From NCBI GenBank assembly GCA_025201805.1, contig MU619267.1, forward strand, positions 1-64,000: 64,000 nucleotides of DNA. Reading direction: 5' to 3'. This stretch comes from Parasitella parasitica NRRL 2501 (Eukaryota; Fungi; Mucoromycota). Made by a program: the position numbers and the translations under genes. This document shows positions 50,954-63,548 of this stretch, one piece after another (within the stretch, counting starts at the first letter, position 1; each line of letters starts with the position of its first letter). A model generated the notes under the pieces. The model did not search any database, was not told where the DNA came from, and worked only from the letters and a program-made list of their open reading frames with translations.

Positions 50954-51777
50954 CTTATTTATTAGCAAAAGCAAAAGGAAAAAAAAAGAATTATCAATAG
51001 GAGCCCTTGAACGAAATTAAATAATATTTTATTTTATTTAAACGGGGAGTAGTACAAAGGTTTTTCTGGTCAAGGGGTTCCCTATTTTTGATTGATCACA
51101 TCAATCAGAGTAATTCTTTGCTATAGAAGACTAAATGCTGTAGGCCTTTGATTTATTGCTAGCCATCATATTAATCCAACATTCATATATCGAATATTGA
51201 GTGTTGAAAGAATGATACATGTTGTGTACACGGGAATCATTTTAGGCAAGCAAAGCACCCCTTTTGCACATTTGTTTATTTCTTCGTTTGACTGCATCCT
51301 GTATTTTATTATTTTGGAGAATATGTAAGAGTTAGAGATACTAAAACGAAAGCTTTTGTACAGATTAGATTAGTTATAAATTAAGACAATTGCTTAAAAA
51401 AAAAAGACCACTTGTATTGATCATACGCTATACCACTTCTCTGAAAGTATTTCTTTGTAGAAGGAACTTTTACGTTTCTATATTATACACTTCACTCTTG
51501 ATCATCTCACATAATCTTCAGAGTAACTCATTCAATTTTTTTTTGACAGCTCACTGTTGCTAGGCAACTATTAGTTGTGCCTGGATTTATTAAATGCTAT
51601 TCTTATGGAAACAAAAGCAGATTTATGTCCCTATTACATCATTCCCTTTTCGTTTGCATTCGGCCTTCTGTTTTAAAAAAGCGCATATGGAGGAAATTCC
51701 CCGTTATTCTGATTTTACTTTCCAATTGATTGCAGTTTTTGACATTTCGTCTTTCTTTTATTTCAAGACATTGCAAA

Positions 51778-52203
51778 ATGTCATATCCGCCACAACCACC
51801 TCAACAACAATACTATGCGCCTCCACCAGCACCAGCACCAGGATCACAAGATTATGGATATCAGCAACAACCATATGGCGGTCAGCAGCAACAACCTTTT
51901 GCTGGGCAACCCCAGCAAGGTGGCTATTACCCTCCGCAACAGTCCGATAACTATTATCAACCTCAGTGAGTGTATACTCTGCTTGAGTCTTGATAAAATG
52001 TGAAACTAAGCTCCTAGCACAATTTATCAGGCCACAACCACAACCATATGTAGTTCAACAACCACAACAGCAAAATGGCAGCAATTGCTGCTGTGCATGG
52101 TAAGTGAAAGATTTGTTATCAAATAAACAAGTTTTGCTAAGATAGTTGATTTAGTTTATCGAGTTTACTTTGCTGTTGTTTGCTGGAAGATCTTTTGGGC
52201 TAG
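51778..52203 (+). CDS. CYSTM (cysteine-rich TM module) protein, P/Q/Y-rich, 3 exons
   Basis: MSYPPQPPQQQYY...PQPQPYVVQQP...NCCCACLSSLLCCCLLEDLLG*. Confidence 0.85.
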
Positions 52204-52492
52204 GCCTATAGATCCAATCTATCAGTTTCTTATACATACTAATTAACTATTTAGACCATGCCTTGCAAGATATAATCCAAATAAACAGCTATATTTACAA
52301 ATGCACACTTGGCACGTGACAAGAATGCTCTGCTTTGACCAGCAGAATCATTTACCCAAAAGAAAGAAATAAACTCCTTTATTTAATTTTTTCATTCTAC
52401 TCCCTCTCTTTCCCTCACAAATACTTGGATTCTCTTCAATCATTTTTCGTATATCAGAAAGATATAGACAGAAAGAGAGGGAGAATAATCTC

Positions 52493-53839
52493 ATGACCTT
52501 TTTACGTACATTGAAAATAAAAGGTTGGGCAAGCCTTGTAGCACTCGTTCTCATTTCTATTTATTTGGTTTCTTCTTGGGATACAACATTTCGTACCGAG
52601 AAATTAAAGCAACAATCTCAACAGCAGCAAAAAATCAAATCAAAATCATCATTCAAAAGTGGAATAGGTCATAAATTTGATCGCTTTACACCTGCTCGCC
52701 GACAACTTCTCTCATCAGCTTTAGCACATATCCGTTTAGGCTATGTAGCTAACAGGACTCCACCTTACTCAACTCCTCCATTGCTTATTTTGTACACATG
52801 TAGACCTGATACCACTGCTTGCGGTTCTTTGGATAATCGCTTAGTCAACATTGTGAACGCTTATTATTTCTCCATGCTGCAGCAAGACTCTGCCTTTGCA
52901 TTCGATATGACAGTACCCGTTAAGATGGAATGGTTTTTTGAATCTTCGCCAGCTTACATGAGTATGAACGTCGATCAAGCCAACTACTATTTGGAGCGTG
53001 CGGAAACTCATCAGATCAAATCAGAAACCACATTATCAACTGCTGAACTGGTCCAGCGTCGATTTATAGTTGATTATAAGTCAGAGGGAGTAACAATTGT
53101 GAAGGCAAGTCAATGGTCAGGAAATTGGGTAGATCAGAAAGAAAATCCTTGGATGAAACCACTCAGAGACAAGTATCGATTGAATCATCTGCTACAAAAA
53201 TCAGATTGGTTTTGGCTCGCAGGTAGATTGTTATTTTCCAAACCATCCTCAAATTTACGGGGACATTTGGAGCCTTATCGTGAACTTATGGGTGGGAAAC
53301 TGGAACTCAGTGAAAGCGTATCTCCCTTGGACCCCGACAATAATCCAGTAACATTAGAATTTGCAACCAAAGGATGGCTGCGTATTGGGCTTCGAGTTGG
53401 CAAATATAGCACATTAGAAGAGGCCGTTTGTCTTTGTGCTCATATCGCTAATGTATGCCTTAAACACACAGACAACTGTCACGTTTTTATATCTGCACCT
53501 AATCGAAAATTACTCGCAACACTTCGTACAGAATTGAATAAGCATCGACATGTAGCTGTTCATGCGGTGGCAGAAGGTTATGGATTTGCAGACTTGGATC
53601 AAGAATCAGAAAATAGCCTGGATCATAGCATATTTGATTCTGGTGATAACCGGCTTATTAGAGATTATGCTCGTACATTTATGGATTGGATTATTCTTTC
53701 TAGAATGGATTACTTGGTGGGCCAAGAAAAAGATGGCTTCTTGAAAACTGCTGCCTGGGCTGCTCAAGTTCAAACAGATGTTAGTGTTCATAACTCAACC
53801 TCCAGGAACTGTCGTATCATACCAATGTACGATTGGTAA
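52493..53839 (+). CDS. Type II membrane protein, fucosyltransferase-like (GT-B fold)
   Basis: N-terminal TM, ACGSLDNRLVNIVNAYYFS, IGLRVG, HVFISA, DWIILSRMDYLVG..GFLKTAA resemble fucosyltransferase motifs I-III. Confidence 0.55.
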   Translation: MTFLRTLKIKGWASLVALVLISIYLVSSWDTTFRTEKLKQQSQQQQKIKSKSSFKSGIGHKFDRFTPARRQLLSSALAHIRLGYVANRTPPYSTPPLLILYTCRPDTTACGSLDNRLVNIVNAYYFSMLQQDSAFAFDMTVPVKMEWFFESSPAYMSMNVDQANYYLERAETHQIKSETTLSTAELVQRRFIVDYKSEGVTIVKASQWSGNWVDQKENPWMKPLRDKYRLNHLLQKSDWFWLAGRLLFSKPSSNLRGHLEPYRELMGGKLELSESVSPLDPDNNPVTLEFATKGWLRIGLRVGKYSTLEEAVCLCAHIANVCLKHTDNCHVFISAPNRKLLATLRTELNKHRHVAVHAVAEGYGFADLDQESENSLDHSIFDSGDNRLIRDYARTFMDWIILSRMDYLVGQEKDGFLKTAAWAAQVQTDVSVHNSTSRNCRIIPMYDW

Positions 53840-54199
53840 ATCTTTATAATACATAGTTCTCTCTAATTTTTATATATAATCTAAAGCAAGTAATATCTTC
53901 CTCGTGTAAATTATAATATAGTCAACGAAACGCCAAAGGGCGCTTTTTTCAATGGAAGGGCAGGTTGAATAAATTTTAATGGGCGGCTTTCTATAGCCCG
54001 AAGGGCGATAAAAAGTAGGTGCTTCTTTTTCAAAAAAGTTAAAATGAGTACACATTTTTTTATGGGGTCGGGCAGGGGGAAAATTGTCGACAAAGAGGGG
54101 CGCGATGGAATGGAATGAAAAGAAGAGACTCGCCTACATCACCTAAAACCATCAACCCGCCTAGGACTTTATTGCGAGAGACAGGGTCCAGAGCAAGTC

Positions 54200-55050
54200 T
54201 CGGTTGCGAAAGTTTAGATGCTGAAATGGATGAAATCGCAAGAGTAGTGCAAGCGCAGAAAAAGAGTTATAATATCTATTCCAGCGAACAAAAACTTCTT
54301 TTGTATATAAATATAGGATAAAACTATTCAATGCTGCTAAGTCTGGAATAATTGCCGAATATACAGCACAGAAATGGTCTAAGTGACTCAAAGAAGATTA
54401 GGATATCTTGTGAAAACAAACTAACAAAGTCAATCGACCAAAGACACAGCTCGATGAAAGACATGAGGCTCATTTAATCAATTTTTATGATGAAAACCCT
54501 AACGCTAGGATTGTAGATGCAGTCGCTTCACTCACTAAAAAGTTTAAAGGTTTACATTTGAGGAAACCAGTATTAGAAACTTTATAAAAGAAAGTAGCAT
54601 TTCATTCAAGGAACTCACCCGTCTCCCAAAAGCAAAGAGCAATCAATCAAAAATCGCAGACCGAAAAGCATAGATTGAGAAATGGAGTAAGACAGATATG
54701 AATTATCTAGAAAATTGCGTTTTTGTAGATGAACCAGGTTTTGACATCAACAATGAGGCCTCCTGGATGGTGATCTGCTTAGGGTATCGCAGCTATTACA
54801 ACCACTCCCAGCACCAGAGCATTTTCACCACATGCAGTTTTAGGTGCATCTTCAGCCAAATCTGTTGTATCAATGGAGCTTAGAAATTCACAGGAACACT
54901 CATCAAAAAAACTTAAAGATATATCACATAAACCGTAAAAGAAAAGCACCATCCAAGGCAATAAATATTGCTTCTAGAGGTACTGTCACTGGCCATCATA
55001 CACGTTTTATTTAAAAAAAACCATTGATGAAATGGATTGCGTTGAGATGA
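54200..55050 (+). mobile_element. Tc1/mariner (IS630-like) transposase pseudogene
   Basis: KLFNAAKSG..AEYTAQKW, KQTNKVNRPKTQLDERH..HLINFYDENPNARIVDAV, MNYLENCVFVDEPGFDIN, GTVTGH, with many stops and frameshifts. Confidence 0.85.
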
Positions 55051-55525
55051 CCACTTTTTTAGCAGACGTTTTGAGTTATGATGTAAAAATGTCGCACCAG
55101 CGTAAAAGGCCTATTCAGTTTAGTAGTCAAATGTACATTATAAATTTAAAAAGATCTCGTAAATAGCATCTGAAAGGCTTTTCCCATTGTTTATACACTT
55201 TCTTCTTCTAACCATTGATACAGCTATATTTTTTAAGCAAGAAGGAAAAACTTTGAATAAAAAAAAAGTAGGTTACTTCACATACCTTATATTGTATCAA
55301 TAACATGCCATAAAGCTTGTAGCCAGATCAATCGGCTAAAGCCATTGTGCGTGGGTAAATCAGGGATTTACACCGCATGCTCTATATATAAATCTTGGTT
55401 ACAGTTGCGTATGATTACGTTAGCATATAATGTTAGTTTATATAAATACATCCTCTGGATGTATTTCTAATAAAAGTGCAAATTCATTTTATTGACTGAT
55501 TTTGACATAACAGTGGCATCTGTTG

Positions 55526-55548
55526 TGCCAGTGCCAGTGCCAGTGCCA
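55526..55548 (+). repeat. (GTGCCA)4 tandem repeat
   Basis: Direct reading. Confidence 0.8.
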
Positions 55549-56728
55549 AAGGGCGCAGCGAAATGTTGCGTAAATGTTTTATGAAAGAAGTAATTAAGAC
55601 TTTTTCTGAATAAATCAGACACAAAACTGAAGTCTTTTGTTGACATAAGAGACTTGATCTCTATTTATACTAAAGTATATCCCAATCACTGTTTATCCAC
55701 ATAACATCTGATGTTTGACAAGAACTGTCAAACATTATTAAATTATAGCATTTCCAGGACAAACCTATTCTTCTATTTTACATTAAAGAGAAGATTAGGT
55801 AGGATGTCTCCCCGACATCCCGCGAACTGATCTTGATGTAATTTTCGAATAAGCCTAGAACCTTGCAAGAGGTTCGATTACTCAACTTGTAGCTTATTCC
55901 TCATCAGTAAAAGAATTACCAACAATTAGTATCATGGTCTGTAGATTATAACTATGTTAGATGTGACATATGTAGACTTGATATGGATACAACAATACTG
56001 CCCTAATAGACGGCTCTTCTTTAAATTTTTGCGTATTATTCTGTTATTAATTGTGCTGAAGTGATAGGGTTTCCCACAAAAAGTAATTGAATGCCATCTC
56101 TTACGAAACCACCTTAGAGATTCCAGATCAAGCTAACAAACAAATTAGATAAATATCTAACCGTGTAGCCACGAAGCATTTACAATCAATTAAGAATCAA
56201 CAAAAATAAATCGAACCACAAACCACATTTGGAACACATAGATCAATGAAAGAGCAAGTCCATGCATATCGTTTACAAATTTGTCAGAACCATCGATATT
56301 AGAATACATTACTTGATTATGTAAAATCGAATACAAACAAACTTAAACTTGGTCCGACTGACAGTTACGGCATAACTGAGAGACCGAGCGTTTACAACAA
56401 CAAATATAAATAGAGTAGAAATATTTAATTTTTGCAAGTTAATCTATTTCAAAAATAAAGAAGAAATTAAATTGTTTCTATTATTGTTTTTACACTTTTT
56501 ACTACACTAATACCTGGAAATCATCACTGTTTGATTTTTTTTGAAAAAAAAGATTAAGCATTGAACTTTTTGCGTTTGTTCAGAAATTTATATAGTTATA
56601 AAAATGTTCTCCATTCTGACGAAGAAAGAATAAAACTGGTAGAAGAAGGAATGACAAGGGATTTGAAAGAGTTGGTAGACATATCGAACAACTCATTTGG
56701 ATCAGAGTGGCGTGAAAAGAATATGGGT

Positions 56729-56832
56729 GACCAAAAGTCTGCTAATTATGAAAATAAAACCTGTTTTTGCGCATAACTTTTGCTGGATAGACCCCCAGTG
56801 GAGATCTAGAGCATACGATATAGCCCTGATCA
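56729..56832 (+). repeat. Dispersed repeat B, copy 1
   Basis: gaccaaaagtctgctaattatgaaaataaaacctgtttttgcgcataacttttgctggata...gccctgatc matches 62451-62554. Confidence 0.8.
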
Positions 56833-57058
56833 TTTCTATGTCATTCAATCTTGAAACGCCTTATCTTGGATTATAGGAAAAGGTACTACAGACGCTATTA
56901 CGTCTACCAGAGAATTGGATTTAAATAAAGTATCTTGATTATTTACGAAGAAATAGCTCGATAAATTTTAGTGTGAAAGTGGAGGGAATTAGTTCTAGTC
57001 CAGTAAAAATAGTTATATGCCAGTGTTTGAAGAACTCATTTGTATAGTTCACTTGATG

Positions 57059-57062
57059 TTTT

Positions 57063-57113
<51 letters not shown>

Positions 57114-57123
57114 NNNNNNNNNN
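57059..57123. other. Long poly-T tract followed by a 10-N gap
   Basis: Direct reading. Confidence 0.95.
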
Positions 57124-57348
57124 TAGATATTTCGATAGTTAAGAGAAGTGATGAATTGGTATAAACTAATCAATTCAAATTATAAAGCATCTTGCACAAC
57201 TAAACACTTCCATATCTTCCAAACAAATCGTGTTGTATTATGCATCATCTCAATCTTCTTAACAACTCAGGTTTTATGAATCATTTCATAACAAAGCTAG
57301 TCTGCGAATTTTATTGCATTTTGTCAAATGGGACACCATGATAAGGTT

Positions 57349-59002
57349 TTAAACATTGGTGCGAATAAACGATGGACTGATAGTTAGTACCGAAGCCAAG
57401 CGAGGGTGAATTTCAACTTGAAATGGTTTGCATGGAGCATGCTCACCATCAATAGCCACATATGCTTTTTGACCTGGTTTCAAAATTGGGGTTAACCTGA
57501 AAGCTTTGATTTTATAGTATTCGACCTATTATGATAATGATTAGTGTATGTAAAAATTCAAATACGACAAAAAAAAATTACAATATCACTATTAATGTGT
57601 TGCCCTGTTTCAACTTTTGTGAAAACATCTAGCTGTTTAGCAATGCTTGGCGATCCTCGAATTAACAGCAGATCAATGTTGCCGTCGTTTGGTAGCGCAC
57701 ACGGATGACTCAACATGCCTCTTGATAAAAGAGGTACTTTACTAGCTAAGAAGAATGAAATATCATCGTTAATGATCATCCAGTCTTTAGGAACAGGTTT
57801 AGATAAGTCAGGGATGGTATCTTCGACATCACCATCTAATTCATTTACAGGCACACGAATTTCATTGGCAAATGTAGTTACATAATCAGATTGGATCTTC
57901 CTTTTATCAGATTCGACAACTTGAACAGCAGCTTCGATCTTGTATGAATGACGAGAAAATATTTCTTGCATCAATCCAACCACAGCACGAGTATCACCCA
58001 TCCAACGCATGTTTTCTGTACCAAGGTCAGCATATGCAGTGATACCATAGTTTTGCGACAAGAATGAAAAGTATCTATGGTCATCATAGACTACAGAGCA
58101 GAGATCCAAAGCCATGGGCTTTCCCTTGATTACTTGTAATGCAGTATACACAGGATCAAAGCCTCTCTTTTCACCTAGTAATGAGATAATAAGAGAATTA
58201 CCGGTACCACCAGGAATTATACCGATCGATACTTGTTTCATTGCTTCTCTGGCATCCGGTCTTTTAAGGAATCCATTAATAACTTCATGTATAACACCAT
58301 CACCACTGACAGTTACTATAGCATCATATGCATGAATGTCTAGATCTTGAGCAATCTGTAAAGCGTGACCTTGGTGTTCTGTATCTATTTCAACAACGTT
58401 AAGTATCTCGGCAACTACATATCAAGCAGGGTCCAATTACATCTCATTTCAATATTGCACTTTGCGCTTTCAAAAATAGGTCTCACATTGTATTCAAATA
58501 TTTCTTTTGCTTTTCCTTGGCCACCAAAAGGATTGAGTAGCACTAATAGTTTCTTTCCAAACTTGATGTCACAGTAAACTTCTCTAACTACTTGTTCACA
58601 AAAAGCAATGGCATCCTCCTTTTTATCATCATCTACCGAGTATATGAACTTGTAGATATCTGCAGGCGATTCTTCTGCCGTTCTGTCTTCAGGCAAAACG
58701 CAATGAATTTGAATCATTCGTGTGCGTTCATGATAGAAAGCGTTCAAAATATACAAATTATCTATAGGCAGTAGTGTTGGATCAGGTCCTTTTCTAGCAG
58801 GAATAGGTATACAACACACTGTTTCAGTATTCTTTGCTTTTTTCCGAAATGGATATTGTTAGTTTAATGATAGAAAGAAGAATAACTTTTTGTATTTACA
58901 ATTTTTGGCAGCGTTAAAATCTCCTTCTATACGAAGGCCTTCACCATCAAAAGATAAATTGACAGGATGGTTGGCTTTATTTACTTTAAGTGAACGAATC
59001 AT
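57349..59002 (-). CDS. Sphingoid long-chain base (sphingosine) kinase, DAGK family, 4 exons
   Basis: LVLLNPFGGQGKA, IVTVSGDGVIHEVINGF, GIIPGGTGNSL, ADLGTENMRWMG, VAIDGE. Confidence 0.92.
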
Positions 59003-59333
59003 ACAATGTATGTTGTGAGACAAGAAAGGTTGATAAGAAAGAGCAAAGAAAAACCTTGCACAGAATATCAGGAACCCAAATGAGAAACCTGAAAGCCACC
59101 TAACATATCATACCTATAAATGGAACTCATCAACATTGTTTTTGGTTCATTCCAGGCATAAAGGTTACGTTAAATTCACAGATAACGAAATATTTTGGCT
59201 CTGATTCTATCGTCTAGCATATCAATCTTATTCAATGAGGGCACGCATTATCTAGGCAATGGACGCTTTAAAAAGTACCGCATGACATCATGTTGAAGGT
59301 ATATATATTATTACGAAAAAAAAAATATTTGTC

Positions 59334-59834
59334 ATGCTTTTGTCCACTGCAAACATGCCATTTCTGATATCAAGACAGTTAATCAAGAGAATCCGGCCTA
59401 CACCTAGGATAACACATTGTCGTGATATAACGACGCAACAGCCCCACCCACAGCCGCATCATCCGGCTTCGAGAACAAAACAATTCATGAAAAAATATGG
59501 GTATGTCGGAATCGGTGTATACTTGGCTTTGGGTACGGTGGATTTGGCAGCAACAATGGCTCTTATTAGTGTAAAAGGCGCAGCGCATGTTAAAGAGGCC
59601 GAGGATTATTTGATTGGTAAAGCCAAAGGTTGGGTAGGAATGGATCATACGCCCATAGAGAAAGGTCAGCTACATGAAAAGCCATCATTGACGTCTATAT
59701 TTGTTCTTGCATATGGCATTCATAAAACGGTGCTACTGCCATTTCGATTATCCCTAACAGCTGCTATTACACCTGCTGTTGCGAAACGACTTAAGAATTG
59801 GGGCTGGCTCAAGAATCAGTTTGTCAAGAAATAG
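59334..59834 (+). CDS. DUF1279 (FAM210/Nat2-like) mitochondrial membrane protein
   Basis: Presequence-like N-terminus, FMKKYGYVGIGVYLAL, FVLAYGIHK..LPFRLSLTAAITP. Confidence 0.85.
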   Translation: MLLSTANMPFLISRQLIKRIRPTPRITHCRDITTQQPHPQPHHPASRTKQFMKKYGYVGIGVYLALGTVDLAATMALISVKGAAHVKEAEDYLIGKAKGWVGMDHTPIEKGQLHEKPSLTSIFVLAYGIHKTVLLPFRLSLTAAITPAVAKRLKNWGWLKNQFVKK

Positions 59835-59841
59835 TTGTAAT

Positions 59842-61815
59842 TTATTGATGTGAATGTGATAATTTTCTAGTTTCAAATGGTAATAAAACAACACAAAGTC
59901 CTACAATTGCAAATCCAATCACGCTGATATAGAGTGGTAATGATGTATTGATTGTTAATAAAATGCCGGTGATAATTGGGCTAACTATGCCTGCAATTCT
60001 CCCCAGACCAGATGCGGCACCTACAGCTGTTCCTCGCACATTTGTATCGAACACCTCAGGCGTATAGCCATATATTACTGCATATAAAAGAGTAGCAAGG
60101 AATGATACAGAAGAGCTCGATAACACCATAGTAATGCGAGAGCTAATTATTGAGAACAAGAACAGCGCAATCGATGAGCCAAATGCAGACATTGCCATTG
60201 TACCTTTTCTTCCTAATCTTGTCTCTATCAACCAAGAAGCAATCTACTTGGGGATATAAGTCCATTGCGCTAATCTGATTTTTTTTCTTGGTTTACCACT
60301 GATCCTGGTACTCCTGCTATTGAATAGATCATGTAATCCCAGTAAACTTGTTGACGCGAAGGTATCGCTTCTCCCTCAAACCCCAATGTTTCCAAAAACT
60401 TTGGTAAAAATACGTTGAACATAGTATAAGCAACAGATGTAAATGTCCAAATCGCCCAAATCAATAATGTTGTGAGTCTCCATTGTGAGCTCATCAACAG
60501 CTGAAATGCTTTGGTTTTCTCTTTCTCTTTGACAACAATCTCCTCTGAGTGCTGTCCGTTTGATAATAATACGTGATTTGCCTCATCACTCTCTTCGTTT
60601 CTGTTACTGCTAGGATTTTCCACCATATCAAAACTTCCTCTTTCTTCGTCTTCATCGGATGCTATTTGTCTAAAATCGTGTCTCATATGTGGCAATTCGT
60701 CTTTATCGATGTGGACATGACCTCCATTGATCATTGCAATATCTTGTAATACAATGATAGTTTCGTTATGTCGATTTTGACTCATCAAAAACTTTGGGGT
60801 CTCGGGCAACTTCAACCAAAGACTTCTAAGCGCCAACATGACAAACGTTACCATTGACACAGTGAATAACATGAGTCTCCATCCATTATTTTGTGTATGC
60901 ATATCACATGGTTCTAATGCTTTCTCAGGACAGCTCCATCTGGGTAAGATCAGATAGCCAATGATCGATGCAAGTACTGCACCAACTGAGAAGAATACAG
61001 ACATAAAGGTGAGTAAGTAGTGGTATTCTTTTGGTAAAAACTCTAGATAAAGTGCGCCTAATAAAGCAGAGTTTGAGTGAAACCTATAATTGGTTTACTT
61101 AAGACAATTTACCATCTGTTGGCATGTTTCCTCCAACACCAAAACCAAGAAAGAACAATGTTATGCACAAAGTCGCAAAGTTGAATGTGAAACTCGACAG
61201 CAGACCAAATATCGATGTAATGACAAGAGTCATTGTATAAGGTACTTTCCTACCTCTTGTATCTGAATATGTGCCCCAAAAGAAAGATCCAAATGTCATA
61301 CCAGCAAACAGTGAGCTAGATAAGGTGCCAATCCATTTGTCAGGAACATCATAATGCTCTTGAACATTATTGAGCATTCATATTTCACTTTTGTAGTTCA
61401 AATTTTATCTTAATATTACCTTGTACTCGAGGAAGGATGATAGCAATAGTCTAGAATCTGAGATGTAAGCGTATGAATTTCTTGATATATAGTACATTTT
61501 ACCTGAAGCCACATCTACATTCGATAATTAACACTGGGCTAAAAGACCAACAAAGTTATCACTTACATTATCCGCTAACCATCCAAAGCCACATAGTATC
61601 TTGAAAGCATGTCAACGTGATGGGATAAATGTAGACTTATAGTAATCGCTTACCAAAAGCTTCCTTTGAAATAATCCGTATCCAACTTTTGATAATAATC
61701 CATCAAGTATTTGGTCTGTCGTTCCAACCAATGTTGTAGAAGAACTTTCTTCGATTTGCTCCTCTGTTGGTAAAGCCGTGAACACATGAGCTGCATTTGA
61801 GTTTATTTCCACCAT
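59842..61815 (-). CDS. MFS transporter, SV2/SVOP-like, 7 exons including micro-exons
   Basis: VGYGLFQRKLL/ILCGFGWLADN/MWLQ/TIAIILP, FWGTYSDTRGRK, GVGGNMPTD, LPETPKFL, YTPEVFDTNVRGTA. Confidence 0.9.
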
Positions 61816-62450
61816 TATAAGTACTTTTGAGTAAAATAAAACCTATTTTGCTAAAGAGCGGTCTATATACAAGCTCTTTATTTATTTATTTGTTGAAAAA
61901 GAATCAAGAGAAGCAATATACACTAAAATAACTCGCTTTATTGAGTGCAAGCTATTGGACTTTCTTCTTTGTACCGTATAGGTTGCATTCGTTGACAATT
62001 TGAACTCAGGAGCATATTTCGGTGAGGAAACAGACAAAATCGTCCAATCCAGGAAGATGATACGAGATACATATGATAAGAAATTCATCAATTCATTAGA
62101 TACACTTTCAATAGGTTTTTTATTCTATTAATCAAGATAAAATCCGTTATTTTAGATGAATAGGAAGGTTTATTCATTGAGAATTTGCATATTAGTAGCT
62201 TGAATGCTCAGGCTATTTTTAAATATTTAGAAAAAAAATTAAAATCTTAATTTTAAGACATTTCATGCTTCAGACTGAAATGTTAAATTTAGAACATTGC
62301 TGTTGTCCTCTTTCGATAGATTTAATCTATTTGTAAATCATCTGAGATATTCAATGTCCAACAATAAACAAAAATGAGCTTCAAGCGTACTTCTTCAAAT
62401 GAACATTTCATCGAGTTGTTTTAAAATCCCATAAATTTAACAGAAGTTAG

Positions 62451-62554
62451 GACCAAACGTCTGTTAATTATGAAAATAAAAACTGTTTTTGTACATAACT
62501 TTTGATAGATATACCGCTCAATGGAAATGAAGTGATGCCCAGATTGCCCTGATC
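62451..62554 (+). repeat. Dispersed repeat B, copy 2
   Basis: Matches 56729-56832 in direct orientation. Confidence 0.8.
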
Positions 62555-63063
62555 GTGCTAGTATTAGCCTAATGTAAATACATTGATTTTACTGAGAAAC
62601 CGTTATATGAAATATTCGTATTTTCATCGTTAGGATCCGGCCAAGTCCCTCTGTAGATTAATCAAACGAATGTCGCAGATACTAGCAGTAACAACGAACT
62701 CATAGCAAGGAGTAAGATATCGCAAAGAATGTAGTAGTTCCTCATTCTGTGAAATATTTTATTGTAAATTTTTTATAGTACATCTGTTTAAACTTATTAA
62801 CGCAATTGAGTTTGTTGTGCTGCAGTTAACCGATATAATTGTTTTTAAATTGATTCTAACTTCATTAAATTGAGAGGTTTACTTGCTTGTTACAAGCCAT
62901 GATGTCCGTAATGTCCAAGCCACAAAACTATACATCCATGACAAGTACCTCCTTAGTATTAAGATTGACTTAGCATTCAAATCACCACGTAAAACAGTAG
63001 TATCGTATGAGGTTATTAGATTTGTTTTATTATACATAAACAAAGTATGCGAAATCAATGGAT

Positions 63064-63548
63064 TTAAGCAATGGTGACCTCAACCTCAACTCCAGGTTCG
63101 ATGGAAATGGAGGTGATTTGCTTAACGATCTCAGAGGGAGAGTGCAAGTCAATCAAACGCTTGTGGATTCTCATCTCAAAACGATCGAAGGTCTCGGAAC
63201 CGTTACCACAAGGAGACTTACGGGTGGTGATACGGAGAACCTTGGTGGGGAGGCGAACGGGACCCTTGACCTTAAGTTGCTTGTCCTTAGCACGTTGGAT
63301 AAGATCACTAGAAACCTTTTCAAGGTTCTTGACGTTACGAGAAGTCAAAGTGATACGGATACGATGGATCCTAACGAAATAATAGCAGATCAACATTTCG
63401 ATCTTTCGCCAAAATTGCATATTCAAACTAACTTGGCCTCAACTTGTTCCTCCAATCCAGGCTTGGCAGCAGACTTAGCCTATCAACAGAAAATATAAAT
63501 AACAAGCTCACTTATTTATCGAACTGGACATACAGCAATAGCAGACAT
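63064..63548 (-). CDS. RPS20: 40S ribosomal protein S20 (uS10), 3 exons
   Basis: [66 protein letters not shown]. Confidence 0.97.

Noticed and set aside
57059-57123. Poly-T as a retroposon tail
   Set aside because: It abuts a gap, its length is unreliable and no associated element is visible
63058-63498. Two plus-strand ORFs
   Set aside because: Antisense shadows of the codon-biased RPS20 gene
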